Positions 52,265 to 64,000 of a stretch of 64,000 nt of DNA are shown in pieces. Location of the stretch: the NCBI GenBank assembly GCA_951406725.2, contig OX597818.1, positions 27,404,001-27,468,000 of the forward strand. Direction: 5' to 3'. The first letter of the stretch is position 1. Each line of letters starts with the position of its first letter. Made by a program: the position numbers and the translations under genes. Below the pieces are notes generated by a model. That model made no database searches. It was not told the origin of the DNA and saw only the letters and a program-made list of their open reading frames with translations. Source of the stretch: Octopus vulgaris (taxonomy: Eukaryota).

Positions 52265-52816
52265 GTAAGCTCTTTTTTTTATCTCTATAAAACACAAAAT
52301 GTAGATTTGTTCAAAGTATTTATGTGAAAGATATGTACATTTCTAGATTTATATTTACCACAACAATGAGAAGATTATACAACTTTAACAATTTTGAAGA
52401 GAGCTATTTTTATTGGGTTCCTTGTTGTAATACTATACAACTGACCAATTATGAATTAGTCTCAAAATATGTGGTCATTTCTGTAATTAGCTTAAATTGG
52501 CTAAATAAAAGAAATAGTGTCACATTGCACATCTACACCCATTCTAACCATCCACCAAATGCTTTCAAGCATATACCAATAAACATTAGCACATTATTCT
52601 TCCTCTATGGCAGATAACTGCCCCATGACTGACTCTACAGATCACTGGACCAGACTAGTTTCCCCTATCAGTCATGGGGCAGTTATCTCCCTTGTCAGTG
52701 TATATATATTGTGCACTTCATATAGTGGTAAGAGTTTTTAACTCTTATTTTTGGCAGTATAGGTGCTTCAGTATCCTCAGTCATGATTAAAGATGGTTAA
52801 AGTTTTGCTTTTTTGG

Positions 52817-52852
<36 letters not shown>

Positions 52853-52859
52853 AGACTAG

Positions 52860-53135
52860 AAAGATATGAAGTAAGCATGCACCACTGGATGTACAAAGTC
52901 AGTGTCCATGTATAACAAAGTGCAAAAATGTTGAAAGAAAATTAGGCATAAAAAGTATCACATATAACATACAAATGAGAAGACTGTGCTGGTATGGTCA
53001 GGTAATTCATATGGATGGGTACACCTGTATCGAAGGAGGAGACTCAGAAAGACATGGCACAAAGTAGTAAAAACTTACCTCAGAAAACTGAGCCTCATAG
53101 AGGAGATGAGAAAGGACAGAAATTATTGATGATTT
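52860..53135 (+). mobile_element. old RTE RT 3' fragment
   Basis: RYEVSMHHWMY..SV, RRLCWYGQV and RLRKTW motifs homologous to ORF 18724-19218. Confidence 0.65.
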
Positions 53136-53467
53136 GATGTGCTTAAAATTCTGTTCATTTAAGCAAAACTGTAATCCTAAAGCATATCATTTACATTTAT
53201 GCTATCTCACCCAACCTGTACTCGTCAAACTTTCCCTACAACTCATTTTTCTAAAACCTATCTTCCATCACTCTTCTGTCTATGGTACTATTCACTTAGC
53301 TGCTGTAAATAAGTGACAGTAAAACTGCATACGTTTCATTACCCTTTTGTGCTACCAGTTACCTCTCTCCTTGGAACTACTTCCTTTTGTGCATGTCCTG
53401 CATTCTTAGTATCATCCCTTACAACTTTATTTTTCACTAAATGCTCCTTCCCAGGAACACATATATA

Positions 53468-53497
<30 letters not shown>

Positions 53498-53499
<2 letters not shown>

Positions 53500-53645
53500 G
53501 GGAGAGTTTACGAAAAAAACAACAAAAGATGAAGACAGGTGGTGTACAAAACAAACAGATGTATTAGTATAACGCTCAGGAATAGAAAAAGTCTTTCATG
53601 TTTCGAGCCTATGCTCTTATACAGAAAGGGACACAGAAAACAAGT
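53498..53645 (-). mobile_element. short PLE-like terminal repeat with hammerhead-like core
   Basis: Minus strand CUUU-CUG UAUAA-GAGC AUAG GCUC-GAAA CAUG-AAAG. Flanked by (TA)n. Confidence 0.45.
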
Positions 53646-53669
53646 GTATTTACATATATATATATATAA

Positions 53670-53706
<37 letters not shown>

Positions 53707-54189
53707 CGGTCCACTCTGGGAGATGGTATGATTTTGATATATTGATCCTCCTGGCCTCTTCTCAAGGCCATGTTCTTTCCTATTCTCTCTTTCCTTCATT
53801 TATTTTATTTGTAGTCACTTTGATGAAGCTCCATGTACTAGATCGAATGGCCTATGCAGATGATGAATGTTATTTTTAAAATTCTTTCATAAGCACTGAC
53901 TGGCATTGGAAGCAGAAATGGCCATAAGAAATGTTATGTCATGGTCATGTTTCGTATTAAAAAATAATCTACTGATGAAGTCCAATTTGTTTGTTGATCA
54001 AAAGTTTTCTCCATTTTCTGATTATTTAGATTATAATTTTTTGTATATATATATATGATGGGCTTCTTTCAGTTACCATTTACCACAAAGTTTTAGTCGG
54101 CCTGAGGCTATAGTAGAAGACACTTGCCCAAAGTGCCATGCACTGGGACTGAACTTGGAACCATGTCGTTGAGAAGCAAGCTTCTTACC

Positions 54190-56705
54190 ACCATCATCAT
54201 TTAACATCCACTCTCCATGCTGGCATGGGTTAGATGTTTTGAGTGGAGCTGATGAGCCAGAGAGCTACACCAAGTTCCAGTCTTATTTGGCATGGTTTCT
54301 ACAGCTGGATTCCCTTCCTAACACCATCAACTCCGGGAGTGTAATGGGTGCTTTTACATACTACCGGTACAGGTACCATTTACATGATACTGGCAACAAC
54401 CATGACTATGATTCATGGGTGGGTGTCATTTACATTGCACTGGCAATGACCATGACTATGATGCACAGATGTCATTTACATGGCACTGGCAGTGACCACC
54501 ACTACAATTCATGGGTATCATTTACATGACACTGGCACAGTCACAACTAAATGTCACTTGGCCTGACCAGTTTTTTCGTGCACAGCATACCACCAGAGTT
54601 CTCAGTCACTTGTCATCACCTCCGTGAGGCCCAACATTCGACAATCATGCTTTACCACTTCATCCCATATCTTCCTGGGTCTACCTCTTCTACAGGCTCC
54701 CTCCACAGTTAGAGATCAGCACTTCTTTACGCAGCTGTCCTCGTCCATATGCATCGCAGGACTATACCAACACAGTTGTCTCTCTTGCACAGCACATCTG
54801 ATACCTCTTATGCCCAGTTTTTTTATTCAAGATGCTTACACTCTGTTGTACATGTGCACTGACACTGCACATCCAGCAAAACATACTGGCATAATTTCTT
54901 TCAAGCCTATGCTTGTCTTTGGCAGTCACTGCTCATGTTTCACTGCCATGTAGCATAGCTGTTTGCACACAGGCATCATATAGTAGGAGCTCTCAGAACT
55001 TTGCCCATCCTATTCTTATTCTCTCATCTACTCTCTCTGAGCATCCACTTCCACTACTGGCTTGGTCACCTAGATAACAGGAGGTATCAACTACCTCTAG
55101 CTTTACCCCACTGGAATTTGATGGAGTCTATTTTCTGTATGCTTGTGGTGTTTATTGTACCTGTGCATCTTCTACTCAAAAACTATAATCCCTGTTAAAC
55201 TTTCTCTGATATTGCTGCACCTCTTATGTGTCCATAGCTTACACTGCGTACATCGTATGAAGTTTCTACCTACACCTTTTCTACAGATCAAGCATGATCA
55301 TCTACCTGAGGGGATTTGTTTGAAATGAGGATATTTTTCTGCAATATGCTGGTAACTTTCATGCAACATTTTTGAAATGCTAGCGAAATTTTGATGCCAG
55401 TTAATCACTAAAGGAATTTTATCATATATTGTACTGTGTTTGCTAAAATTATGCATGAGGTTTGACTTTCTTTGTTAATCTTAACAATGTCATTTGCTAT
55501 TTCCTTTAATCATGATTCAGTGTAACCGCGTTTGACATATTTCCAGTAACCCCCTATGTCTACTATACTCATTGCCAACTTTCTCCTTACTGACTGCATC
55601 CCTATATGTGGCTTGTACCACTCTCACCAATCACTTATCTATCCCTATTGACCCCAGATAAGGGATCAGGGGACCCTATCAAAGGCTTTCTCCATGTCAA
55701 CGAAAGCCAAGTACAAAGGTTTATCTTTGGTTAGATACTTCTGCATCTGCTTTACCAGAAATATAGCACTAGTGGTGCTTCTTCCTGGTGCAAAACCAAA
55801 CTACATCTCATCTAGACTAATTTTCATCTTAATTAGTTGGGCTATGACCCTCTCCATAAATTTCATTGCCTGATCTAATAGTTTGATACCTCTGTAATTA
55901 TTTCTAAGGCATCACCTTTACCTTTGTAGCAGTTGACTATGATGCTGCCACATCATTGGGCATGACTCTCTTGTGTACAACCTGATTTACTATACCGGTA
56001 ACTAGACCGTACCCCATACTGCCAGATTTTATTAAGCATCTCAGCAGTGATTCCTGATGGGCTGGGGGCTTTACTAGTCTTCATATCCTTCATGACTTTA
56101 TCTACCATGCTACTGTCTATTCAGATTGCTGGTCCCTCTGTCGGATCTACTTTAGGCAGACTCTCCTTCTCCCATGCATTCTCTACATTTAGTAGCCTTT
56201 CATAGTAACACTTCCAAACCTCTTTCTTTGCAGATTCACTACCTGTCAGTGAACAATCATCCATCCAAACATACTTCTTTTCCACAATATCACAATTTTC
56301 CCTGGCACACTGTCTTGCAAGGTGAAACACTTCAAGCTTTTGGTCCTCTAACTGTAAGACATTGCAAACTTCTTCCTTTCTGCTTTACTGCTGGTTAAGT
56401 ACATCTGCTTCCTAGCCTCTCTTCTCGCTGCCTGATATAACTTCTTGTTACCACTACCCTTCCAGTCCTTCCAAGCCTGTTTCTTTACTCTAATGGCCCT
56501 GTCAACTACTCTGTTCCACCACTACGTCAGCCTAGGCCTGGCTGGAATTTTGCACCACTCACAGATTTGGTCTGCATTATTCAGCAAATTGTCCTGTAGG
56601 AACTCCCACTTATCCACTATGCTACAAGTCTGCAACTCCTTTTTCTCATCTTATGCTTCATTTAAGATGTCTCTAAATCTTTGACTAATCGAAAGATCCT
56701 TAAGC
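54190..56705 (-). mobile_element. RTE LINE, part of RT replaced by a PLE-derived segment
   Basis: Tail and 3'UTR at 54190-54560, RT C-terminus and PHD to 55320, RT N-terminus (FVDMEKAFD, FGFAPGRSTT) from 55565. Confidence 0.9.
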
Positions 56706-56929
56706 TCTAAGTCTCTGACTATATCATTGCCATCGTTTAACGTCTGTTTTCCATGCTGGCATGGGTTGGACAATTTGATTGCGGGCTGGCAAGCCAGAAA
56801 GCTGCACCAAGCTCCAATCTGATCTGGTGGAGTTTCTACAGCTGGGTGCCCTTCCTAATGCCAACCACTACGATAGTGTAGTGGTTAGCATTATGCCTCA
56901 CTTGGCTTGCCAGATCTTCTTGGAGTCAG

Positions 56930-57430
56930 AAGTAGAGGTTAATAGTTCTCTTGTATTTTTATTCTGTCTAAAGGCTACAATAGGTGGCTGAGGAAATATT
57001 TGTTTGAAATGAGGATATTTTTCTGCAATATGCTGGTAACTTTCATGCAACACTTATGAAATGCTAGCGAAATTTTGATGCCAGTTAATCACTAAAGGAA
57101 TTCAGTCACATATTGTACTGTGTTTGCTAAAATTATGCATGAGGTTTGACTTACTTTGCTAATATTAACTATGTCATTTGCTATTTCCTTTAATCATTAT
57201 TCAGTGTAACCATGTTTGACATATTTCCAGTAATCCCCTATGTCAGTACAAATCTGCTTTATCCTCAAAAATTGGGATTTCGGATTTGACCAAATTGTAT
57301 GATGTGGATGATCAGAGTAGCGGTGGAGATAAATGTGGGATGATGTGGGCTTGCAAAATAACTCTGTCACTATTCTGCCTCCAGAAAACTTAACTTTTGT
57401 GTCCAAAAATTCAACATGGTTACAGGGAAT
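56930..57430 (-). mobile_element. Penelope-like (Neptune/Poseidon-type) RT thumb fragment
   Basis: VEFLDTKV...TELFCKPTSSHIYLHRYSDHPHHT..SNPKSQFLRIKQIC. Confidence 0.85.
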
Positions 57431-57759
57431 CATGATTAAAGGAAATGGCATGTGTTGGACATGAAGACAGATGAAACACCACTAAGCATTTCACCCGCCA
57501 TGCGAAATATAATAATAATAACAATAATAACCTGATCTGTTTGGATTGGGAAATCCCACAGGATTTTGCAGGTATCTGACTCCATCACTCTCTGTGCTTT
57601 TTGCTTATACCACATCTTACCTCTCTCTAGACCTCACTTTTTGCACAGTTTCCAATGTAGTGCTTTTATTACCTTATCATGTTTCCACAACTTGTAATGG
57701 TTTTGGGCAAGCCTAGGCATTCATTCATGATTAAGTATAGCTGCTAGAATAAGAATAGC

Positions 57760-58648
57760 CTAGGCAAAGTTCAGAGAGCTCTTACCTCTGTTGGTGACAA
57801 AAGGCCACTCGCTCAGAGTAAAAGGTAGACTGTATGACACATGTGTACAAACAGCCATGCTACAAGACAGTGAAACATGGGCCATTACTGCTGAGGACAT
57901 GCGTAAGCTCACAAGGAATGAAGCCAGTATGCTCTGATGGATGTGTAATGTCAGTGTGCATACTTCACCGAGTGTAAGTACCTTGAGAGAAAAGTTGGTC
58001 ACTAGTCATTGCCTCGATGAGGCCTAATGTTTGAGGCAATGACTAGTGACAGAGACCTTTGGAAATATACTGTGCTTGAGAAGACCCGGCAAGCCAAGTG
58101 AGACCATAACCTCGTGGCCTATGCCAGGGGTGCAACCAGTCCACTTATGTCTACCTCTCCTTCATTGGACACTAAACTCTGCTTGTGAAGACCTGTTGAG
58201 GCAAGTGAAATCGAAATTGAAATCAAATTCGATGACTGGCATCTGTGTTAGTGGAGAGCTAAGAGCACCATCCGAGTATGGTCATTGCCAGAACAGCAAA
58301 CTGGCTTCCATGCTGGTGGCACGTAAAAAGCACCATTCGAGTGTGATTGTTTCCAGTGTCACCTTACTGGCACTTGTGCTGGTGGCACGTGAAAAAAACA
58401 TTCGAGTGGCTCCTGTGCAGGTGGCATGTAAAAAACACCATTTGAGCATGGCCATTGCCAGAACCACCTGACTGGCCCTTATGCCGGTAGCATGTAAAGG
58501 CACCCACTACACTCTCAGAGTGGTTGGCGTTAGGAAGGGCAGATCAGATTGGAGCCTGGCACAGCCATCTGGTTCGCCAGTCCTTAGTCAAATCATCCAA
58601 CCCATGCTAGCATGGAAAGCGGACATTAAATGACGATGATGATGATGG
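57760..58648 (+). mobile_element. 5'-truncated RTE LINE with internal deletion/inversion
   Basis: AKFRELLPLLVTKG...SETW, 3'UTR and (GAT)n tail. Reverse complement of the 18188-19215 family. Confidence 0.9.
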
Positions 58649-58649
58649 T

Positions 58650-59316
58650 TATTATTCTTTTATTCTTTTACTAGTTTCAATCATTTGACTATGGCCATAC
58701 TAGAGCACTACCTTTAGTTGAACAAATCAACCCCAGGACCTATTCTTTGTAAGCCTAGTTCTTATTCTCTCGGTCTCTTTTGCTGAACCGTTATGATACA
58801 GGGATGTAAACACACCAACATTAGTTGTCAGGCAATGGCGGGGGGACAAACACAGACACACAAATACATACATATACACATATATATATATACATATATA
58901 CGACAGGCTTCTTTCAGTCTCCATCTACCATTTCCACTCACATGGCTTTGGTGGGCCTGAGGCTATGGTAGCCAAAGTACCATGCAGTGGGACTGTACCT
59001 GGAACCATGTGGTTGAGAAGCAAGCTTCTTACCACATAGCCACTCATTATTTTGCCAGCTTACCACTGATAGAATCACTAGCACATTGGGAGAAATGTTG
59101 TGAAGCATTTTACCTGATGCAAAATGCTTAGCAACATTTTGCCTGTTTTTATGTTCTGGGTTCAAGTTCCACCAAGGTCAACTTTGCCTTTCATTCTTTC
59201 AGGGTCAATAAAATAAGCACCAGTTTAGCACTTGGGTCAATGTGATTGACTAGCTCTCTCCCCGCAAATTCCAAGCCCTGTGCCTATAGTTGAAAGAATT
59301 ATAATAATGATGATGA

Positions 59317-59350
<34 letters not shown>

Positions 59351-59352
59351 GG

Positions 59353-59388
<36 letters not shown>

Positions 59389-60515
59389 GAAATTTTGGCA
59401 CAAGGCCAGCTGTTTCAGGTGATTCCAGTGTTCAACTAGTACTTATTCTACTGATCCCGGAAGGATAAAAGCAAATTCGACCTTTCATCCTTTCAAGGTT
59501 GATAAATTAAGTACCAGTGAAACACTAGGGGTAAATGTAATCGACTAGTTCTCTTCCTCAAATTTCAGGCCTTGTGCCTTTAGTAGAAATGATTATTATT
59601 ATTTAGAAGGTAAGCAAACAGAATCATTACCATGCTGGACAAAATGCTGAGCAACATTTCATTCATCTTTACGCTCTGAGTTCAAATTCCACTGAGGTCA
59701 AATTTGTCTTTCATCCTTACTGGGTCAATGAAATAAGTACCTATTTCTTTATTACTCACAAGGGGCTAAACACAGAGGGGACAAACAAGGACAGACATAG
59801 GTATTAAGTCGATTACATCGACCCCAGTGCGTAACTGGTACTTAATTTATCGACCCCGAAAGGATGAAAGGCAAAGTCGACCTCGGCGGAATTTGAACTC
59901 ACAAGGTAACGCAGACAAAATACCGCTAAGCATTCCGCCCGGCGTGCTAACGTTTCTGCCAGCTCGCCGCTTGTTAAGTGATGGGGTTGATGTAATTGAC
60001 TAGCCCCTTACCCCAAAAGTTTAAGCCTTGTGCTGATAGTAGTAAGGTATATTATTATTATTCAGACAATGAGCTGACAAAATTATTAGAGGATTAGACA
60101 AAATACCTTGAAGTATTTAATGCAGCTGTTTATGTTCTTAGTTCATTTCTTAATGAGATCATGTTTGCCTTTCATTCTTCTAGGTTCAATAAAATATAGA
60201 ATTAACCTGATACTAAAGTTGATGGCATCAACTAACCCATCTACTTCCCGTCGAGACTGATGGTCTTACGCCTAAATCAGAAACAGTTATTATTATCAGG
60301 TAGTAAGTTGGCAGAATCAGTAGAACATGGTACAAAATACCTTGCATTATCTAGTTAGGGCAGTTCTGATTTCATATCCCACTGTAGTGAACTTTGCTTG
60401 CCATCATTCATAAATCAATACAATAAAGTGCTAGTCTTGAATCAACAGTATTGACTTTGTCCCTTCACTCAGAATTGCTGGCTTTGACCTAAATTAGAAA
60501 TGATTATTATTGTTA
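58650..60515. mobile_element. dense SINE cluster (one family A copy, about 8 family B units)
   Basis: Repeated units gcagaatc.ttag...gagttcaaattcc...tttgcctttcatcc...gccttgtgcct...(ATT)n. A young inverted copy at 59742-59970 has A box TGGCAGAAACG and B box GAGTTCAAATTCC. Confidence 0.88.
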
Positions 60516-60728
60516 TTCTGATTTATTACAAAATGTTTTTCTCCAAACATTTATGCTCTCTTGCTAATATTCAAATCTTTATTATTAGAATTATGTTAAC
60601 AAAATTTTGAAAAAAAAACTGTTGTGGTTTTATGCAAAATATAATTCTGCCTTTTCTTTTTCTTTTTTTTTTTTTATTCTGCTTGGAATAACTTTTTCTT
60701 TTAACTATTTATTTTCTAAAATTCATAG

Positions 60729-60983
60729 ATACCCCAGTGAAAAAGATCATTTTAAATGTTCCTGGGGCAAAAGTATGTGCTGGTACACCAATGAAATTTC
60801 ACTGTAGTTGGAAAGGTGGCAATCCACCAGCAAGTGTGACCCTGATGTATAAAAATATATCAAATACTAGTAAAGAAGATGTTGAACTTAGAGTAATTCC
60901 CTCTAAATCTCATCAAATAGTCAAGTGTCTGGGTTCTCATATTGCTGCAAATGTATCTCATGAAAAGAATATAACTGTTTGCT
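60729..60983 (+). CDS. IgSF gene exon: Ig-like domain 4
   Basis: Acceptor after a T-rich tract (aaattcatAG), donor T|GTGAGT, 255 nt, phase 1-1. Translation includes YTPV...AGTPMKFHCSWKGGNPPASVTL...VKCLGSH. The CxxxGGNPP motif is typical of nephrin/Kirre/Sidestep-like Ig domains. Confidence 0.9.
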
Positions 60984-61179
60984 GTGAGTATAAGTGAAAA
61001 CTTTTTATCTTCAGTTTTTGTTTTTTTCTCTCAAGAAAATTATGAAAATGTAAGATTATAGTCTTTTGTATATGTTGGATTGGATGTTGGTTTTGCTGAG
61101 TGAAGTGAACAATAAGCAATATTCTGTGATAGCAAAATGGGCTGGTCAGGGTTAAAGTTGTTTTATTTTTCTGGAACAA

Positions 61180-63604
61180 TCTATACTATAATGGAGAAAA
61201 CTGCTTATTAATTAGGTATGTAACAATTACTAAAAGTACTAAAAGAAAGCAATATTAAAAGCTTAACCGTCTGGAAATATTTTTATAAATTCATATTCTT
61301 AGAGATTACCTATAATTTCGATTTCTGAAGTTTATTGAATTTTTTTAACTCCAAATTCTTCAAATTTAAATAATCATTGCATTCACTGTGTCAAATTCTT
61401 CATGAATTTAAATATTTATTGCATTCAATGCATTCAATGCAGAGTAGATTTTAATAATAAACACTATTAATTCGTTGCAGGCAACATTTTACATTTGTAT
61501 TTGCAACAGTCTCTCATTCTCACTTGCCTCTATTTTCATTAATGATAATTTAATAATAGTTATATAATTTTGATACGAAACACAATTTCAAGAACATTAT
61601 CTGTTTCCAGAGTTTGTTAAATGAATATTTTTGATAAAATGAAAATTTTTTAATATACCAGTATAATTATTAAGGGATTTTGTGCTGAATGGATGCATGC
61701 TATTACACAAAATAGCTGTACAAGTTTGATATGATTTCAAGAAAATTATCAGTTTCTGGAGTTTGTTAAACAAATATTTTTGAGAAAATGAAAATTCTTT
61801 AATATATTGGTATAATTTTTCTTTTTTTAAATGAAGAAGTGATTTTGTTGGTATGGCTACTTGGAATGCTATAAGCCTTACAATAATAACTATGTGATTG
61901 CTGCTATTTCTTCATGCTAAACAGGACAGTTTTTAACGAGCTTTCACTTATACGACTTTTTCATTTCATGTTTACACAAAATATCTGTATAACTTTGAAG
62001 CACAATTTCAAGAATATTATCAGTTTCCCAAGTTTGTTAAATGAATATTTTTGAGAAAATGAAAATTCTTTAATATATCGGTATAATTTTTTTTTTTAAA
62101 TGAAGAAGTGATTTTGTTGGTATGGCTACTTGGAACACTATAAGCCTTACAATAATAACTATGTGATCGCTGCTATTTCTAGCATGCTGAACAAGATAGT
62201 TTTTAATGAGCTTTCATTTATAAATGATATGTATCTGAAAAAGAAAATTTAGCAGCAAAGGCACAATGGCAGGGAGAAAGATGGGCAACTGAATTAGATG
62301 AAACCAGGGCAAAGCGACTGAAACAGATGCCTGAATATGCATGGAGACATAGACATGATTCTGTTTCCATTACATATGACCAACTGGTTAGGGTATCTCA
62401 AGAGTAGAATATTCTACTTCAAAATAATGGTGTCAGGTCACAAATTGTTGATGCAACACTATAGAGATCTTTTCTTTGCAATCATATGGAAGTAGTAGAG
62501 TAGACAACTAATCTAAGACTGCTTACAGAAAGTTATTCTGATGAAAGAGAGTTTGCTAATTACCTTGTTGATGTAAGAAACGGTAACATTTCTGTTGAAC
62601 AAAGCCTAGGTGAATTCAAAATCAACCTACCCAATGACGTTTGTGATTTTGTATATGCTGACCTAAAAACATAACTTCACAAACCCTATGTGGCTTGCAA
62701 ATCGAACCATTGTTACTCCAACAAATGAAGCAGCACAATTTGTGAATGATTTTCTATTGACCAGGATCCCTGGTGAGCTAAAAACATACAGAAACTCAGA
62801 TACAGTTGATAATGAAACTCTGTACCCAATTGAGTTCATCAACAAACTTACACCGTCAGGAGTTCCACCTCACATTCTCAAACTGAAGAAAAAATGATGC
62901 ATAATGCTTCTGAGAAATTTAGATGCTACTAATGGACATTGCAATGGAACACACTACATCATTGTCAGTTTACATGATCATGTTATTGAGGCTGAGGTTG
63001 CTTCTGGTCCTTATGCAGGGTCAACTTTGCTAATCCCAAGAATACCACATGTATCTCCAGAAATGGAATTACTATTCACATTTACATGCAAACAATTTCC
63101 TGTCAAGCCAGCTTTTGCCTTGACATGCAACAAAGCATAGGGACAGACTTTTGACCAAATTGGAATATATCTTCTGACACAATTCTTCTCACATGGTCAG
63201 CTCTATGTTGCATTATCTAGAGTTTGAAAGAAGGCTAATGTAAAAATATTGGCTGAGAGAAATGGAAACAGTATGATTACTGACAATTGTGTCTACAAGG
63301 AGATACTATTTTAAAGCAAAATATGCTTTTTAGCAAGTTTCAGCAAATAGAATTAACACAGAAATTATATGTAAAGTAACATATATTTGTGTAAAATTAA
63401 ATTGTTTTGGCATATTTCAGCACATGTCGAATGAATGATATCATTATATTAGATCATTTTAAATTTGAGTATATTTGTAAAAGTAAGGAAATGTCATTCC
63501 CATGTGTTCTCACAGCACCAGACTTTTGTATGTGTGTGTGTGTATGTGTGTGTGTGAGTGTGTGTATTAATCCATCCATCCATCCATCCATCCATCCATC
63601 TATC

Positions 63605-63675
<71 letters not shown>

Positions 63676-63925
63676 CATCTATGCACACCTATGTAAGTTC
63701 TTTCAATTATTAATGATAAATATATATAACAGATTGACTCTAAAAAAGAGAGATTATGACTGTGATAAAATAACGAAAGCAATACTTACTAAGCAAGTGA
63801 GCACTATTATACAAAAAAATAATTAGACATAAAATATCATAAAAATTATTAGAATTGGGAATCAAATATGGAAATATTACTGAGTGGCTAACAGAAAACC
63901 ATCCGGAGGGCAGTCTTTCTGCTAG
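61180..63925 (+). mobile_element. internally deleted Helitron with PIF1 helicase C-terminal remnant
   Basis: a|TCtatactataat 5' end; CTAG|t at 63922-63925 after a degenerate hairpin. Helicase motifs IVTPTN, TPSGVPPHILKLK, MLLRNLD..NGHCNGT, QFPVKPAFALTCNKA*GQT and FSHGQLYVALSR. Tandem subrepeats at 61570-62220. Confidence 0.9.
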
Positions 63926-64000
63926 TGTTTCTAATTGTAATGTTGGAATTCATGTGTAACTTTATTATATAAATTGAAATTCAGAGGTAATGAATTTATG

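Noticed and set aside
61570-62220. Regularly recurring repeats that could suggest a CRISPR-like array
   Set aside because: Long degenerate tandem subrepeats inside a Helitron, with no unique spacers or cas genes, in a eukaryotic context.
62663-63312. Possible host PIF1 helicase gene
   Set aside because: Multiple stops, no introns, and enclosed by Helitron TC/CTAG termini.

Overview
AT-rich eukaryotic genomic DNA, about 80% interspersed repeats and microsatellites by eye. The repeat families (tRNA-headed SINEs, RTE LINEs with (GAT)n tails, many Penelope-like elements) look like those of an octopod cephalopod; this is inferred, not tested. One host gene is supported, on the + strand. It encodes an immunoglobulin-superfamily surface protein with a signal-peptide exon (33702-33756) and four symmetric phase-1 exons, one Ig domain each (34875-35156, 39983-40288, 51944-52264, 60729-60983). 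These give 406 open codons and the gene continues past the window. A possible 5'UTR exon lies near 15.2 kb. The rest is decayed mobile DNA: mariner, DD37D maT, Merlin, hAT- and piggyBac-like MITEs, Helitrons, Gypsy elements and solo LTRs, RTE, R4/Dong, HERO and CRE LINE pieces, and Naiad-like and other Penelope elements. The least obvious signals are several minimal type-I hammerhead ribozyme motifs in Penelope termini, a PHD finger inside an RTE reverse transcriptase, a triple-nested transposon and several template-switch scars. I found no convincing evidence for a wholly new multi-gene system. Most ORFs in the track are microsatellite or TE artefacts.
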